Below are positions 38,996 through 47,653 of a stretch of 64,000 bases of DNA, in pieces. The notes beneath the pieces are model-generated. The model saw only the letters and a program-made list of their open reading frames with translations. It made no database searches and was not told the DNA's origin. Positions within the stretch are counted from its first letter, which is position 1. Every line of letters starts with the position of its first letter. The position numbers were made by a program, and so were the translations under genes. This stretch comes from Limnohabitans sp. (GTDB taxonomy: Bacteria > Pseudomonadota > Gammaproteobacteria > Burkholderiales > Burkholderiaceae_C): the NCBI GenBank assembly GCA_009693505.1, contig SHXD01000010.1, positions 670 through 64,669 of the forward strand, written 5' to 3'.

Positions 38996-39574
38996 TCAAT
39001 CCTTCATCACCTTTAAACACAGCGAAGCCAATTCTTCTTGGCAGATCAATTGAACCGCGTTGGCTTTTGCAAATTTAAGTGCCACGCCGGTGGGCAAGCT
39101 CAGACTGACACATGCAGCATAAGCAGCATCTTGCGAGACTTGCAAGGCCTTCAAATCACGTAAAACTTCGACCCCCAAGGTGGCAGCCTTCCAACGCTTG
39201 CAACTGACCAAGGTGACCTTGCCTGATTTTTCCAACTGCAATTCTGCTGCGCTCGAGTTCAATGGCATCACACTGAAGCCTTGCTCAACAAAGGCTTGCT
39301 CCATGATTGGCAAAAATTGCTTCCATGACATATCGGCCAAGTGGGTCAAGGCCAAAGAGACACGTTCAGGCGAAGGCTTGTCGCGCTGCCGCCAAGCGGC
39401 AATGATTCCAAGCACAGCAAATGGCAACGCGCTTAGCATTCCGACAGCCCGGAAAGCCTCAGGCAAGAAGACGCGTGCGAGCAGCATCATCACTACAGCT
39501 ATCAAAAAACTCCACCACCATGGCGAGCGCAACAAAATCGCAAACAGCGATTTTTCTGACATTTTTAATTTCAT
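38996..39574 (-). CDS. Membrane-anchored restriction-endonuclease-like (Mrr_cat/PD-(D/E)xK) protein
   Basis: Two N-terminal TM helices are followed by WKQFLPIMEQAFVEQGFSV...LEKSGKVTLVSCKRWK, which resembles the Mrr catalytic core. Confidence 0.65.
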   Translation of the reverse strand: MKLKMSEKSLFAILLRSPWWWSFLIAVVMMLLARVFLPEAFRAVGMLSALPFAVLGIIAAWRQRDKPSPERVSLALTHLADMSWKQFLPIMEQAFVEQGFSVMPLNSSAAELQLEKSGKVTLVSCKRWKAATLGVEVLRDLKALQVSQDAAYAACVSLSLPTGVALKFAKANAVQLICQEELASLCLKVMKD

Positions 39575-39633
39575 TGAAAGTTTCGCTTGCTCAAATTCAA
39601 ATGATGTAATTTGAGTGGTTTGTCTGCATTGGC

Positions 39634-40047
39634 CTATTTGGCAAACAAACTGGCGGGGTTTGCAAATGCCTTGAATTCCACGGCATTGCCACAGGGGTCT
39701 AAGAAAAACATAGTGGCTTGCTCTCCGACTTGGCCTTTGAAGCGAATGTGCGGCTCAATGACAAACTGAGTGCCCACCTTTTTCAACTTGTCTGCAAGCG
39801 CCTCCCACTGCCCCATTTCCATGACCAAGCCAAAATGCCGCACCGGGACATTGTCACCATCTACAGCGCTGGTGTTGTGATGCCCCGCTTCTGAAGGACT
39901 GAGGTGGGCCACAATTTGGTGACCATGGAAATTGAAATCGATCCACTCTTCACTAGAGCGGCCCTCAGGACAACCCAACAGGTCGCCATAAAACGCCCTA
40001 GCTTTGGCCAAGGATGTGACGGGAAATGCCAAGTGAAAGGGTTGCAT
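39634..40047 (-). CDS. VOC-family (glyoxalase/bleomycin-resistance/dioxygenase fold) protein
   Basis: 137 aa, with PFHLAFPV...HFG...DPCGNAVEF typical of VOC proteins. Confidence 0.8.
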   Translation of the reverse strand: MQPFHLAFPVTSLAKARAFYGDLLGCPEGRSSEEWIDFNFHGHQIVAHLSPSEAGHHNTSAVDGDNVPVRHFGLVMEMGQWEALADKLKKVGTQFVIEPHIRFKGQVGEQATMFFLDPCGNAVEFKAFANPASLFAK

Positions 40048-40134
40048 GCTGTTCTCAGTGAAGATTCAAAAAATGTGATTTTGCCTCAAACCAGCGGCTC
40101 TTTATCAAACCGAGCTGGATCAATTTTCACAGGC

Positions 40135-41028
40135 TTAAGACTTCAAAGTTCGATTGAACAATTCGAGTGTACGGCTCCAAGACAAATCTGCAGCTGCCTG
40201 ATTGAACCTAGGCGTTGAATTGTTGTGAAATCCGTGTTGAGTACCCGCATAAAAATGCGCCTCCGATTTAATGCCATAGGTCTTTAATCCGCTTTCATAG
40301 GCCGCCCAAGTGGTGTTGATACGGGGGTCATTTTCTGCAAAATGGATGACCAACTGCGCTTTGATTTTGCCCACATTCTCAGAGGCTGCAGGCTCGCCAT
40401 AGTAAGGGGCGCCCGCCTGAACTGCATCGCCCATTTCAGCCGCCAACGCATTGGTCATGCCGCCACCCCAACAAAAACCAGTGATGCCCAACTTGCCTGA
40501 ACAAAGCGCATGATTTTTTAAAAACACGGCGCCGTTCAACATGTCGGTTTGCAGCTTTGCTCGCGAGAGTCCATCCTGGAGTTTTTTGCCATCCTCGTCA
40601 TTGCCAGGATAGCCACCCACTGGGTACAATCCATCAGGCGCTAGCGCCAAAAACCCGGCAGCAGCCAAGCGTCTGGCGACATCCTCAATGTAAGGATTCA
40701 AACCACGATTCTCATGAATGACCAGCACTGCCGGAAATTTTGTAGGGGTGGCCGAAACAGGCTGCACCAAATAACCCCTCATTTCGCCCGAACTACCACC
40801 TAGCGATGCATATTTCACATAACTGGCTTTGATGCGAGGGTCTGTGAAAGAAATGATTTGCGCATTGGCATACCTTGGAAACAGGGCTTGGGCCATGGCC
40901 ATACCACCCACCACCAGCGCACTGGCTTTGGCCAGAAATTCCCTTCGGTCCATGCCGCCATGGCAGTACTCGTCGTAAAGCGAGTAAATACGGGGGTCTA
41001 TTTCTACTGAAGTTTGATGTGAGTCCAT
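40135..41028 (-). CDS. Dienelactone hydrolase-family protein with a Tat-type signal
   Basis: An RREFL twin-arginine motif, the nucleophile elbow GFCWGG and the alpha/beta hydrolase pattern are present. The start is taken at MDSHQTSV (41028). Confidence 0.82.
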   Translation of the reverse strand: MDSHQTSVEIDPRIYSLYDEYCHGGMDRREFLAKASALVVGGMAMAQALFPRYANAQIISFTDPRIKASYVKYASLGGSSGEMRGYLVQPVSATPTKFPAVLVIHENRGLNPYIEDVARRLAAAGFLALAPDGLYPVGGYPGNDEDGKKLQDGLSRAKLQTDMLNGAVFLKNHALCSGKLGITGFCWGGGMTNALAAEMGDAVQAGAPYYGEPAASENVGKIKAQLVIHFAENDPRINTTWAAYESGLKTYGIKSEAHFYAGTQHGFHNNSTPRFNQAAADLSWSRTLELFNRTLKS

Positions 41029-41162
41029 TTTGCATCCTTTGACAAAAGATATTAATAGAATCTCAATAACCCTGCAGTCCATACCCTTCCATTCGAGGCA
41101 TGTATCACCTTCCCTATTGTTTTTCTTTATGATGCAGAAGAACAAATGAATGAAAAAATACA

Positions 41163-41363
41163 GTGGCTACACCTCCACCCTTTTTAGATCAAGTTAATTG
41201 CTGGCAGTGCAAGCACTTTGCCACCAGTTGGGATCCCAAAATGCCCTATTCGTGCAAATTGCTCGGCTTTAAGTCTCAAGTCTTGCCCAGCATTCAGGTC
41301 ATGAATTCAGATGGTCGTCCTTGCTTAGGATTTGAAGCAAAGCCTTCAACTCAAAGCACCTAG
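41163..41363 (+). CDS. Small conserved Cys-rich protein (66 aa, GTG start)
   Basis: The pattern is CWQC-x16-C-x32-C. From memory, the CxxC..F..SWDP..PY.C...GFKS pattern recurs in small proteobacterial proteins; this is unverified. Confidence 0.45.
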   Translation: MATPPPFLDQVNCWQCKHFATSWDPKMPYSCKLLGFKSQVLPSIQVMNSDGRPCLGFEAKPSTQST

Positions 41364-41416
41364 AACCTCGGGTTTATCCTCCCACTGCCCATTTAGCGAG
41401 TGCCTAAAATTTAGTC

Positions 41417-42007
41417 ATGAACGAACGACTTTCTCAAATCTCTTACGACGCCCTGCCCGCTTCCGTGAAGCCATTGGCAGATGACATTCTCAAAATATCC
41501 AGTGCCGCTCTTGGCGGGCCCTACAACGCTTTGTTGCGAAGCCCCGAAATGGCGAGAAGGTGCTTTGACTTCTTGGATTACCTGAGGTTTCGAACCTCGG
41601 TCAACAAGCGACTCAATGAATTTGCCATTTTGATTCAGGCACGCATTTCCAATGCGCAATATGAATGGTGGGCGCACGAAACCATTGCCAGAAAAGCCGG
41701 CTTGTCCGATGCTGTCATGAAGGACCTCCAAGCCTGCAAACGACCGACCAGCATGGTGGACGATGAGCGCTTGGTCTATGACTACTGCATTCAACTCAGC
41801 TTAAACCACAGAGTGCCCGATGCGCTTTGGCAAGAAGCCGTGAACAAAATGGGGGAGCAGGCGGTCATTGACCTCACTGTTTTGTCAGGCACTTACGTCA
41901 TGGTGTCTATGCTTTTGAATGCCACGCAAGTGGGTATTCCGGGTGGCGGTGAGTTTCCGTTGGAAGTTTTAGACCCCACAGACATTCGAAAACGCTTGCT
42001 CGCTTGA
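41417..42007 (+). CDS. Carboxymuconolactone decarboxylase (AhpD-like) family protein
   Basis: 196 aa. The pattern EFAILIQARISNAQYEWWAHETIARKAG is typical of CMD-family proteins. Confidence 0.75.
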   Translation: MNERLSQISYDALPASVKPLADDILKISSAALGGPYNALLRSPEMARRCFDFLDYLRFRTSVNKRLNEFAILIQARISNAQYEWWAHETIARKAGLSDAVMKDLQACKRPTSMVDDERLVYDYCIQLSLNHRVPDALWQEAVNKMGEQAVIDLTVLSGTYVMVSMLLNATQVGIPGGGEFPLEVLDPTDIRKRLLA

Positions 42008-42053
42008 TTGACATTCAAGCCTTCCATTCAACAAAGAAAAAGAGACGCACACC

Positions 42054-43046
42054 ATGACACTTAAAACCCATATTCGCCACGCCCTTGTTTTATCCTTGTG
42101 TGCATTGGGAAGTGCTTGGGTAGGACATGCCACCGCGCAAGACTATCCCAGCAAGCCCATTAGCATGATGATGCCCTATGCCCCTGGCGGCCCTGGTGAC
42201 ACCATTACGCGTTTGTTTGCAGGCTCGATGCAAAAGATATTGGGCCAACAAATTGTGGTCGATAACACGGCAGGTGCCTCGGGTGCCATTGGCACCGCCA
42301 AGGTGGCAAGGTCCAAGCCAGATGGCTACAGCTTGCTCATGATTCACGTCAGCCATGCCACCAACATGGCAATGTACAAAAATTTGAGCTATCACCCAGT
42401 GGACGATTTTGAGCCCATTGGATTGGCAACAAGCGGCCCCATGGTCGTTGTTGCAAGAACTGAATTTCCGCCTAAAGATTTGAATGAGTTTGTGTCTTAC
42501 CTCAAAACCAATCAGAAAAAAGTCAGTTTGGCCCATGCTGGCGTAGGCTCTGCTTCCCACCTATGTGGCTTGATGATGATGAACGTCTTAGGGGTTCAAT
42601 TGAATGAAATTCCCTACAAAGGCACTGGCCCCGCACTGACCGACTTAATGGGTGGACAGGTTGATATTTTGTGCGATCAAACTTCGGGTACCGTACCTTC
42701 AGTGAAGAACGGCAAAATCAAAGCTTACGCGGCCGCTGGCAAAAATAGACTGCCATCCTTACCCGACACACCTGCCATTGCAGAAGCTGGCGTGAAAGGC
42801 TTTGAAATCAACATTTCATTTGGCCTCTATACCCCCAAAGGAACGCCTAAACCCGTTCTGGAAAAACTCACTGCTGCTTTGCAGAAGTCTGTGACCGATC
42901 CCGATATCATCAAACGTTTAGATGGCATGGGTGTCTCAGCCGTAAGCATTGAACAGGCAACGCCAGCAGCACTGAGGGCGCATTTAAAAAATGAAATTGA
43001 AACCTTAGGCGGTTTGCTGATCAAAGCAGGTGTGCAAGCCAACTGA
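42054..43046 (+). CDS. Bug/TctC-family tripartite tricarboxylate transporter substrate-binding protein
   Basis: A signal peptide is followed by QDYPSKPISMMMPYAPGGPGDTITR, the hallmark Bug N-terminus. Confidence 0.9.
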   Translation: MTLKTHIRHALVLSLCALGSAWVGHATAQDYPSKPISMMMPYAPGGPGDTITRLFAGSMQKILGQQIVVDNTAGASGAIGTAKVARSKPDGYSLLMIHVSHATNMAMYKNLSYHPVDDFEPIGLATSGPMVVVARTEFPPKDLNEFVSYLKTNQKKVSLAHAGVGSASHLCGLMMMNVLGVQLNEIPYKGTGPALTDLMGGQVDILCDQTSGTVPSVKNGKIKAYAAAGKNRLPSLPDTPAIAEAGVKGFEINISFGLYTPKGTPKPVLEKLTAALQKSVTDPDIIKRLDGMGVSAVSIEQATPAALRAHLKNEIETLGGLLIKAGVQAN

Positions 43047-43077
43047 ACTTTAAAATCGACTTGACAGAGATCACAGT

Positions 43078-44223
43078 ATGACGATGGACAGAAGAAAATG
43101 GTTTGTGGGTGCGTCGTCACTGCTCCTTACAAAAACACTATTGGCACAATCAAATAGCACACATGGCCAACATGGTGCGCATCCTGCGCTCCCTAAGGCC
43201 AACCCCTCTCCAGAACCCTACGCCAAGTTGCAAGGCGGTGTGCCGCATCATTTAACAGCCGATCAAGAGTCACAACGTTCGTTCACGAGTCCTGCACCCA
43301 AGGGGCCTTCCGGCAGGTGGATCACCCGCGCATCACTGCCCATTCCTCGCAGCGAAATGGCATGGGCCACAGAATGGGCAGGCAGGCTTCATGTCATAGG
43401 CGGCTATGGCGAAGGCCGCGTCGACAGAGGCTACCACCATGTCTACGAGCCTAAAGCCGATCAATGGCACTTGGCGGCCCCACTTCCTCGGGGCGCTAAC
43501 CATGTGGCCGTTGTATCCCTTGAAGGTCGCATCTATGCGTTTGGCGGCTTCATTGAACAAAATCGAAATCCAGACAACCATGCCTACGTCTATGAAGTCT
43601 CACAAGACAAATGGACATCGATTGCGCCACTGCCAAGACCCAGAGGTGCAGCGGCAGCCGTTGCATTGAATGGCAAACTGCATTTAATAGGTGGTGCGTC
43701 ATCGCCCACAGATGAACGCGCCAGTGTGGGTTGGCATGAAGTTTACGATCCCAAAACAGATCAATGGGTTCGCAAAAAAGCCCTGCCAGGCGCTCGCGAC
43801 CATGTGGGATGCGTGGCCTACAAAGGCCGAATACACATCATTGGCGGACGATTCAACACATTTGAATACAACACCGATTTGCATCAGGTGTATGTGCCAG
43901 AAAGAGACACTTGGGAAGTACTGGCTCCTCTGCCCACGGCGCGTTCAGGCCATGGCTTGGTTGTTTACCGTGATCGCTTTTATGCCATGGGCGGTGAAGG
44001 CGGCATCATCAATCGGCCAGGACAACAAACCGTGTTTGGGCAGATGGAAAGTTACGACCCTGCCACCAACACTTGGCAATCTCACGCCGCCATGCCCATA
44101 CCACGTCATGCTGTGGCCGCCGTCACCATCGGTGATTGGATTTATGTTGCGGGGGGTGGTGCCGTTTTGGGAGGCAGCGTGCAATCTGCAGTGCACGAGG
44201 CGTTTACCCTGAGCGGTACTTGA
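43078..44223 (+). CDS. Kelch-repeat beta-propeller protein, exported (Tat-like RRKWF)
   Basis: Repeated ...G(R/K)(I/L)(Y/H).(I/F)GG... blades occur about every 50 aa. Confidence 0.8.
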   Translation: MTMDRRKWFVGASSLLLTKTLLAQSNSTHGQHGAHPALPKANPSPEPYAKLQGGVPHHLTADQESQRSFTSPAPKGPSGRWITRASLPIPRSEMAWATEWAGRLHVIGGYGEGRVDRGYHHVYEPKADQWHLAAPLPRGANHVAVVSLEGRIYAFGGFIEQNRNPDNHAYVYEVSQDKWTSIAPLPRPRGAAAAVALNGKLHLIGGASSPTDERASVGWHEVYDPKTDQWVRKKALPGARDHVGCVAYKGRIHIIGGRFNTFEYNTDLHQVYVPERDTWEVLAPLPTARSGHGLVVYRDRFYAMGGEGGIINRPGQQTVFGQMESYDPATNTWQSHAAMPIPRHAVAAVTIGDWIYVAGGGAVLGGSVQSAVHEAFTLSGT

Positions 44224-44233
44224 AAACCAATAT

Positions 44234-45259
44234 CTAATTCACAGTGGCGCCCGAATCGCGAATGACCTTGCCCCATTTGTCGTATTCACTTTTAAGGTAC
44301 TTGCCGAACTCGTCCGGGGAACTGGGCGTTGCCTCCATTCCCGAGATTTGCAACTGTTGCTGAACTTCGGGAAGATTCAACATTTTGACAATTTCGCTAT
44401 TGAGTTTTGCCACGATGTCCGCTGGCGTGCCTAGCGGGGCCATCAAGCCAACCCAAGAGAGAGATTCAAAGCCTGGCAAACCCGATTCGGCAACCGTTGG
44501 CACATCGGGCATTTGCGGCGAGCGCTGGGACGTTGTCACTGCAAGTGGTTTCAGCCGTCCAGATTTGACATGTGGAATCACGATGGGTGTGCCAGGGAAG
44601 CCTAGCTTCACAACACCCGCCACCAGATCCTGCTGCGCCGGTGCACTTCCCTTGTAAGGTACATGAGTGAGTTCGATGCCTGCCAAGTGGGCAAAGTAAG
44701 CGCCTGTCAAATGTTGAAGACTGCCGTTACCTGAGCTGACGTAATCAATCTTGCGAGGATTGGCGCGAGCCAGCGCAATCAGTTCTTTGACCGAATTGAC
44801 ACCCAGTGATGGATGTACTGACATCACATAAGGCCCCGATGCAATCCGTGCGATGGGTGCGAAATCATTCAGTGTGTTGTAGGTGAGGTTTTTGTACATG
44901 TTACCGGTGATCACATGCGGCGTCGCCATCATCAACAAGGTGTACCCATCTGGTTTGGACTTGGCCACAAAATCGGTACCAATGGTACCCCCAGCGCCGG
45001 GGCGATTTTCAACAAAAAACTGCTGGCCAAATACATCGGTCAGCCTTTGGGCAATGATGCGGCCTGGTATGTCGGTAGTGCCGCCCGATGACAATGGGAT
45101 GACGATGCGAACTGGGCGCGAAGGATAGCTTTGTGCAGACGCTGCGACTGCCAGCAATGAGACGCCACTCAAGATAACCAAAGCTCGAACGGCTTGCCAA
45201 TTCAACTTCCGTTTGACGGATAACAAATTTTTCTTGACAGTCTGGTCATTGAATATCAT
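44234..45259 (-). CDS. Bug/TctC-family substrate-binding protein
   Basis: A signal peptide is followed by QSYPSRPVRIVIPLSSGGTTDIPGR. Confidence 0.9.
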   Translation of the reverse strand: MIFNDQTVKKNLLSVKRKLNWQAVRALVILSGVSLLAVAASAQSYPSRPVRIVIPLSSGGTTDIPGRIIAQRLTDVFGQQFFVENRPGAGGTIGTDFVAKSKPDGYTLLMMATPHVITGNMYKNLTYNTLNDFAPIARIASGPYVMSVHPSLGVNSVKELIALARANPRKIDYVSSGNGSLQHLTGAYFAHLAGIELTHVPYKGSAPAQQDLVAGVVKLGFPGTPIVIPHVKSGRLKPLAVTTSQRSPQMPDVPTVAESGLPGFESLSWVGLMAPLGTPADIVAKLNSEIVKMLNLPEVQQQLQISGMEATPSSPDEFGKYLKSEYDKWGKVIRDSGATVN

Positions 45260-45369
45260 TTTGTCTCCGTCCCTTAGATTGACCTACAACGGTTGGATGA
45301 TGGCCAATCGCATGGAATGGCCTCATGCTCATACTACCCAGATGTCTAAGCTGAGACAAGTCACCAAAA

Positions 45370-45435
45370 CGCACACAACAAAAAGCCCCTTACGGGGCTG
45401 TCTTGTTAATTTCTATAGAGAAATGATGGAGGCGC
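45370..45435. repeat. Direct repeat copy A (66 bp): displaced tRNA-Cys 3' end fragment plus its downstream terminator
   Basis: 62/66 identical to 47374..47439. It ends with TGGAGGCGC, the reverse complement of the last 9 nt of tRNA-Cys including CCA. It contains the hairpin AGCCCC-TTAC-GGGGCT (45384..45399) with a minus-strand T-run. Confidence 0.9.
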
Positions 45436-45503
45436 AGCAGGTCACGCTAATGCAGATACTTACCTAGCACCATTTCTGCTTAATCGAATTGATAAATTAC
45501 CCG

Positions 45504-45823
45504 CTACTTCTTGATGGACACAGAGATTAATTCAGTCTCCTGACTACCCGCTTCGGCAGGGTGCTTGGCAGCACGCACATAGATCGACCAGAGAGTTGCA
45601 GTCTGTGAGCGTTCAGTTGTCATTGCCATTTGTCCTTGCCACATCCGCTCCCCTCGGGTAGTCGTGATTTGAGTTTGGCCTGATCCGTAACTACCGCTAT
45701 TTTTTTGCACAGTTGTCCAAGTTGTTCCAATTGGCGGAGCAACAAAACGTTCCACCTTTGGCGGGTTCATGGCGCAGCCCCCCAAAAACCACTGGCAATG
45801 CCAAGCCAGCGCAGGGGGACCAA
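45504..45823 (-). pseudogene. Small lipoprotein gene, apparently frameshifted at a T5G6 homopolymer
   Basis: The downstream frame reads ...FLGGCAMNPPKVERFVAPPIGTTW... The adjacent frame upstream reads (TTG)VPLRWLGIASGF and stops just after the tract. Inserting one nt in the tract at 45778..45788 would give MVPLRWLGIASGFLGGCA..., a signal peptide with a lipobox. Confidence 0.4.
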
Positions 45824-45989
45824 AATGAGAATTTGGGGGTGGGAGTACGGTGGGGTCTAAAGATTTCAGAAATCTAGTATGCGCGTGGGGCTTGAGTCTG
45901 GAATACAAACACAGCCTATCCTGCATTTTTATGCATACCACTCAAACCATGTCGCATAATTTAACGACTGTCTCAAAGAACCTATACAC

Positions 45990-46988
45990 CTACCAACGGA
46001 TACCGCGTTCTTTTAGTAAAGTGGCGGCAATATCTGGACGATCGGTCACAAGACCATCCACACCCAGATCCAACATTTGGCCCATGGTTTGTCGGTCGTT
46101 GACGGTCCAAGCAATCACTTTTAGACCCAACTCCTGGGCCTCGCGAACTTTTTGTGCATCCAGCTCGCGCCAAAATGATGACCAATGCGTTCCTCCTGCT
46201 GCCTTGATCATTTTAGGAACTGATCCATATTTTGCATATTGGAAACCTGCTGTCCATTCAGATGGCTGCCCTGACTTAATTGCCAAATTATCCAATACAG
46301 CTAATTGAGCAGTGATGTAGACAGTTGGTAATTTGGGTGCCATTCGTTGAATAATTTGCAAAGTTCTCCAATCAAATGAAAGAATTTGCACGCGGTCTTC
46401 AAGCCCGTATTGTTGAATTTCTTGTAGCAGCAACTCTACAAATTTTTCTGGCTCTGGCGTCTGGTCTGGGCGCTGGGGCGTAATTTTGGTTTCGATAGCA
46501 AACTTTACCTGCTGATGGCCACCCATCTTGACCATTTCAAAAAGGTCTTTCAATCGGGGAACACGAATTCCATCTTGAGACTTTTGAGATGAAAATATTT
46601 TTCCATATTGTGTCGTTGGATTAATTTGACCCACATCGTAGCTTTGCAATTGCTGAAACGTCATTTGTCGGATGCCAAAGTCTCTACTCTTCAGAAATTT
46701 GCCTTGAGCGTCCCGGGTGATATCGGGATTCAGCGCAGGGTCATGATGAATTACAAGAACGTTGTCTTGTGTCACCACAACATCCAACTCGAGAGTGGTC
46801 ACGCCAGATTGCAAAGCAGCGGAAAACGAAGACAAAGTATTTTCGGCCAGCAGGCCCCGCGCACCACGATGGCCTTGCAGGTCAATTGTTTTTTCCGCCA
46901 TGACGGGAACGTTTAACACCAAAAGGGGAATGACGATAAGGGTCTTAAAAAAACCTGTTCTCGTGGAATTTTTATAAATCATTTGCAC
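45990..46988 (-). CDS. Glycerophosphodiester phosphodiesterase (GDPD family), secreted
   Basis: A signal peptide ...LVLNVPVMA is followed by the QGHRGARGLLAENT catalytic motif; 332 aa. Confidence 0.88.
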   Translation of the reverse strand: MQMIYKNSTRTGFFKTLIVIPLLVLNVPVMAEKTIDLQGHRGARGLLAENTLSSFSAALQSGVTTLELDVVVTQDNVLVIHHDPALNPDITRDAQGKFLKSRDFGIRQMTFQQLQSYDVGQINPTTQYGKIFSSQKSQDGIRVPRLKDLFEMVKMGGHQQVKFAIETKITPQRPDQTPEPEKFVELLLQEIQQYGLEDRVQILSFDWRTLQIIQRMAPKLPTVYITAQLAVLDNLAIKSGQPSEWTAGFQYAKYGSVPKMIKAAGGTHWSSFWRELDAQKVREAQELGLKVIAWTVNDRQTMGQMLDLGVDGLVTDRPDIAATLLKERGIRW

Positions 46989-47373
46989 CTCTAAGTTAAG
47001 TGTCGTGACTTCTTCATTTTAAGGTAGCATCACCCCAACCCTGTAGACATTTTTATAGCGACTAAGCCAATACGACGACTGAATGAGATCAAAAAAAAGC
47101 AGCCACCGATAAACTCAATGCCTGTTGAGATCGTCTTATAAAGGTTTTGAGAGTCAAGGGTTGAACTGCTAATGTTGGATAAGGAACCCTTTGCTTCGAC
47201 CAGGGGGTACCCGACGATTAACTGGGGGATGGGTGGGGTCTTCAGAATACTGAAATCTAGAATCGGGATTGTGCGCGGCATCGTTGATGCTATCTGCTTG
47301 CTGCCATTTTGAAGAACTGTTATTTTTAACTGTCCAATTTCTATCCAACAGAGTGTTGGACAATTCCAAAAAT

Positions 47374-47439
47374 CGCACACAACAAAAAGCCCCTCACGGG
47401 GATGTCTTGTTAATTTCTAGAGAGAAATAATGGAGGCGC
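47374..47439. repeat. Direct repeat copy B (66 bp), overlapping the 3' end of the intact tRNA-Cys
   Basis: See copy A. In this copy the terminator stem is degraded (CCCC-TCAC-GGGG). Confidence 0.9.
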
Positions 47440-47504
47440 GGGCCGGAGTCGAACCGACCTACACGGATTTGCAATCCGGTGCATAACCGCTTTGCTACCG
47501 CGCC
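47431..47504 (-). tRNA. tRNA-Cys (anticodon GCA), 74 nt with CCA
   Basis: The reverse complement is GGCGCGGTAGCAAAGCGGTTATGCACCGGATTGCAAATCCGTGTAGGTCGGTTCGACTCCGGCCCGCGCCTCCA. Confidence 0.93.
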
Positions 47505-47513
47505 ATTTTTGTT

Positions 47514-47540
47514 GACAAAAAAGGGAAGCAATTGCTTCCC
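47514..47540 (-). terminator. Hairpin plus T-run between tRNA-Gly and tRNA-Cys
   Basis: A perfect 18-nt palindrome GGGAAGCAATTGCTTCCC (47523..47540) is followed on the minus strand by TTTTTTGT. Confidence 0.55.
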
Positions 47541-47577
47541 TAATTTGAAGAAAGATGTTGGGTCATCTTTCAATGTT

Positions 47578-47653
47578 TGGAGCGGGATAAGAGGCTCGAA
47601 CTCTCGACCTATACCTTGGCAAGGTATCGCTCTACCAACTGAGCTAATCCCGC
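47578..47653 (-). tRNA. tRNA-Gly (anticodon GCC), 76 nt with CCA
   Basis: The reverse complement is GCGGGATTAGCTCAGTTGGTAGAGCGATACCTTGCCAAGGTATAGGTCGAGAGTTCGAGCCTCTTATCCCGCTCCA. Confidence 0.93.

Noticed and set aside
42054-45259. Two Bug/TctC binding-protein genes flanking a Kelch protein, without TctA/TctB membrane components, as an incomplete or unusual transporter.
   Set aside because: Orphan Bug-family binding proteins are notoriously abundant in Comamonadaceae and Bordetella-like genomes, so this is an ordinary pattern for the group.
47030-47380. A 116-aa minus-strand ORF (GTG start) between the glycerophosphodiesterase gene and tRNA-Cys.
   Set aside because: The region is AT-rich, the sequence is odd and non-conserved-looking, and it starts inside the direct repeat/terminator. 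I cannot support it as a gene, so I treat the 385 bp as a spacer or promoter region. I also looked for a Pho box upstream of the phosphodiesterase gene and found only a weak resemblance (about 47041..47060).
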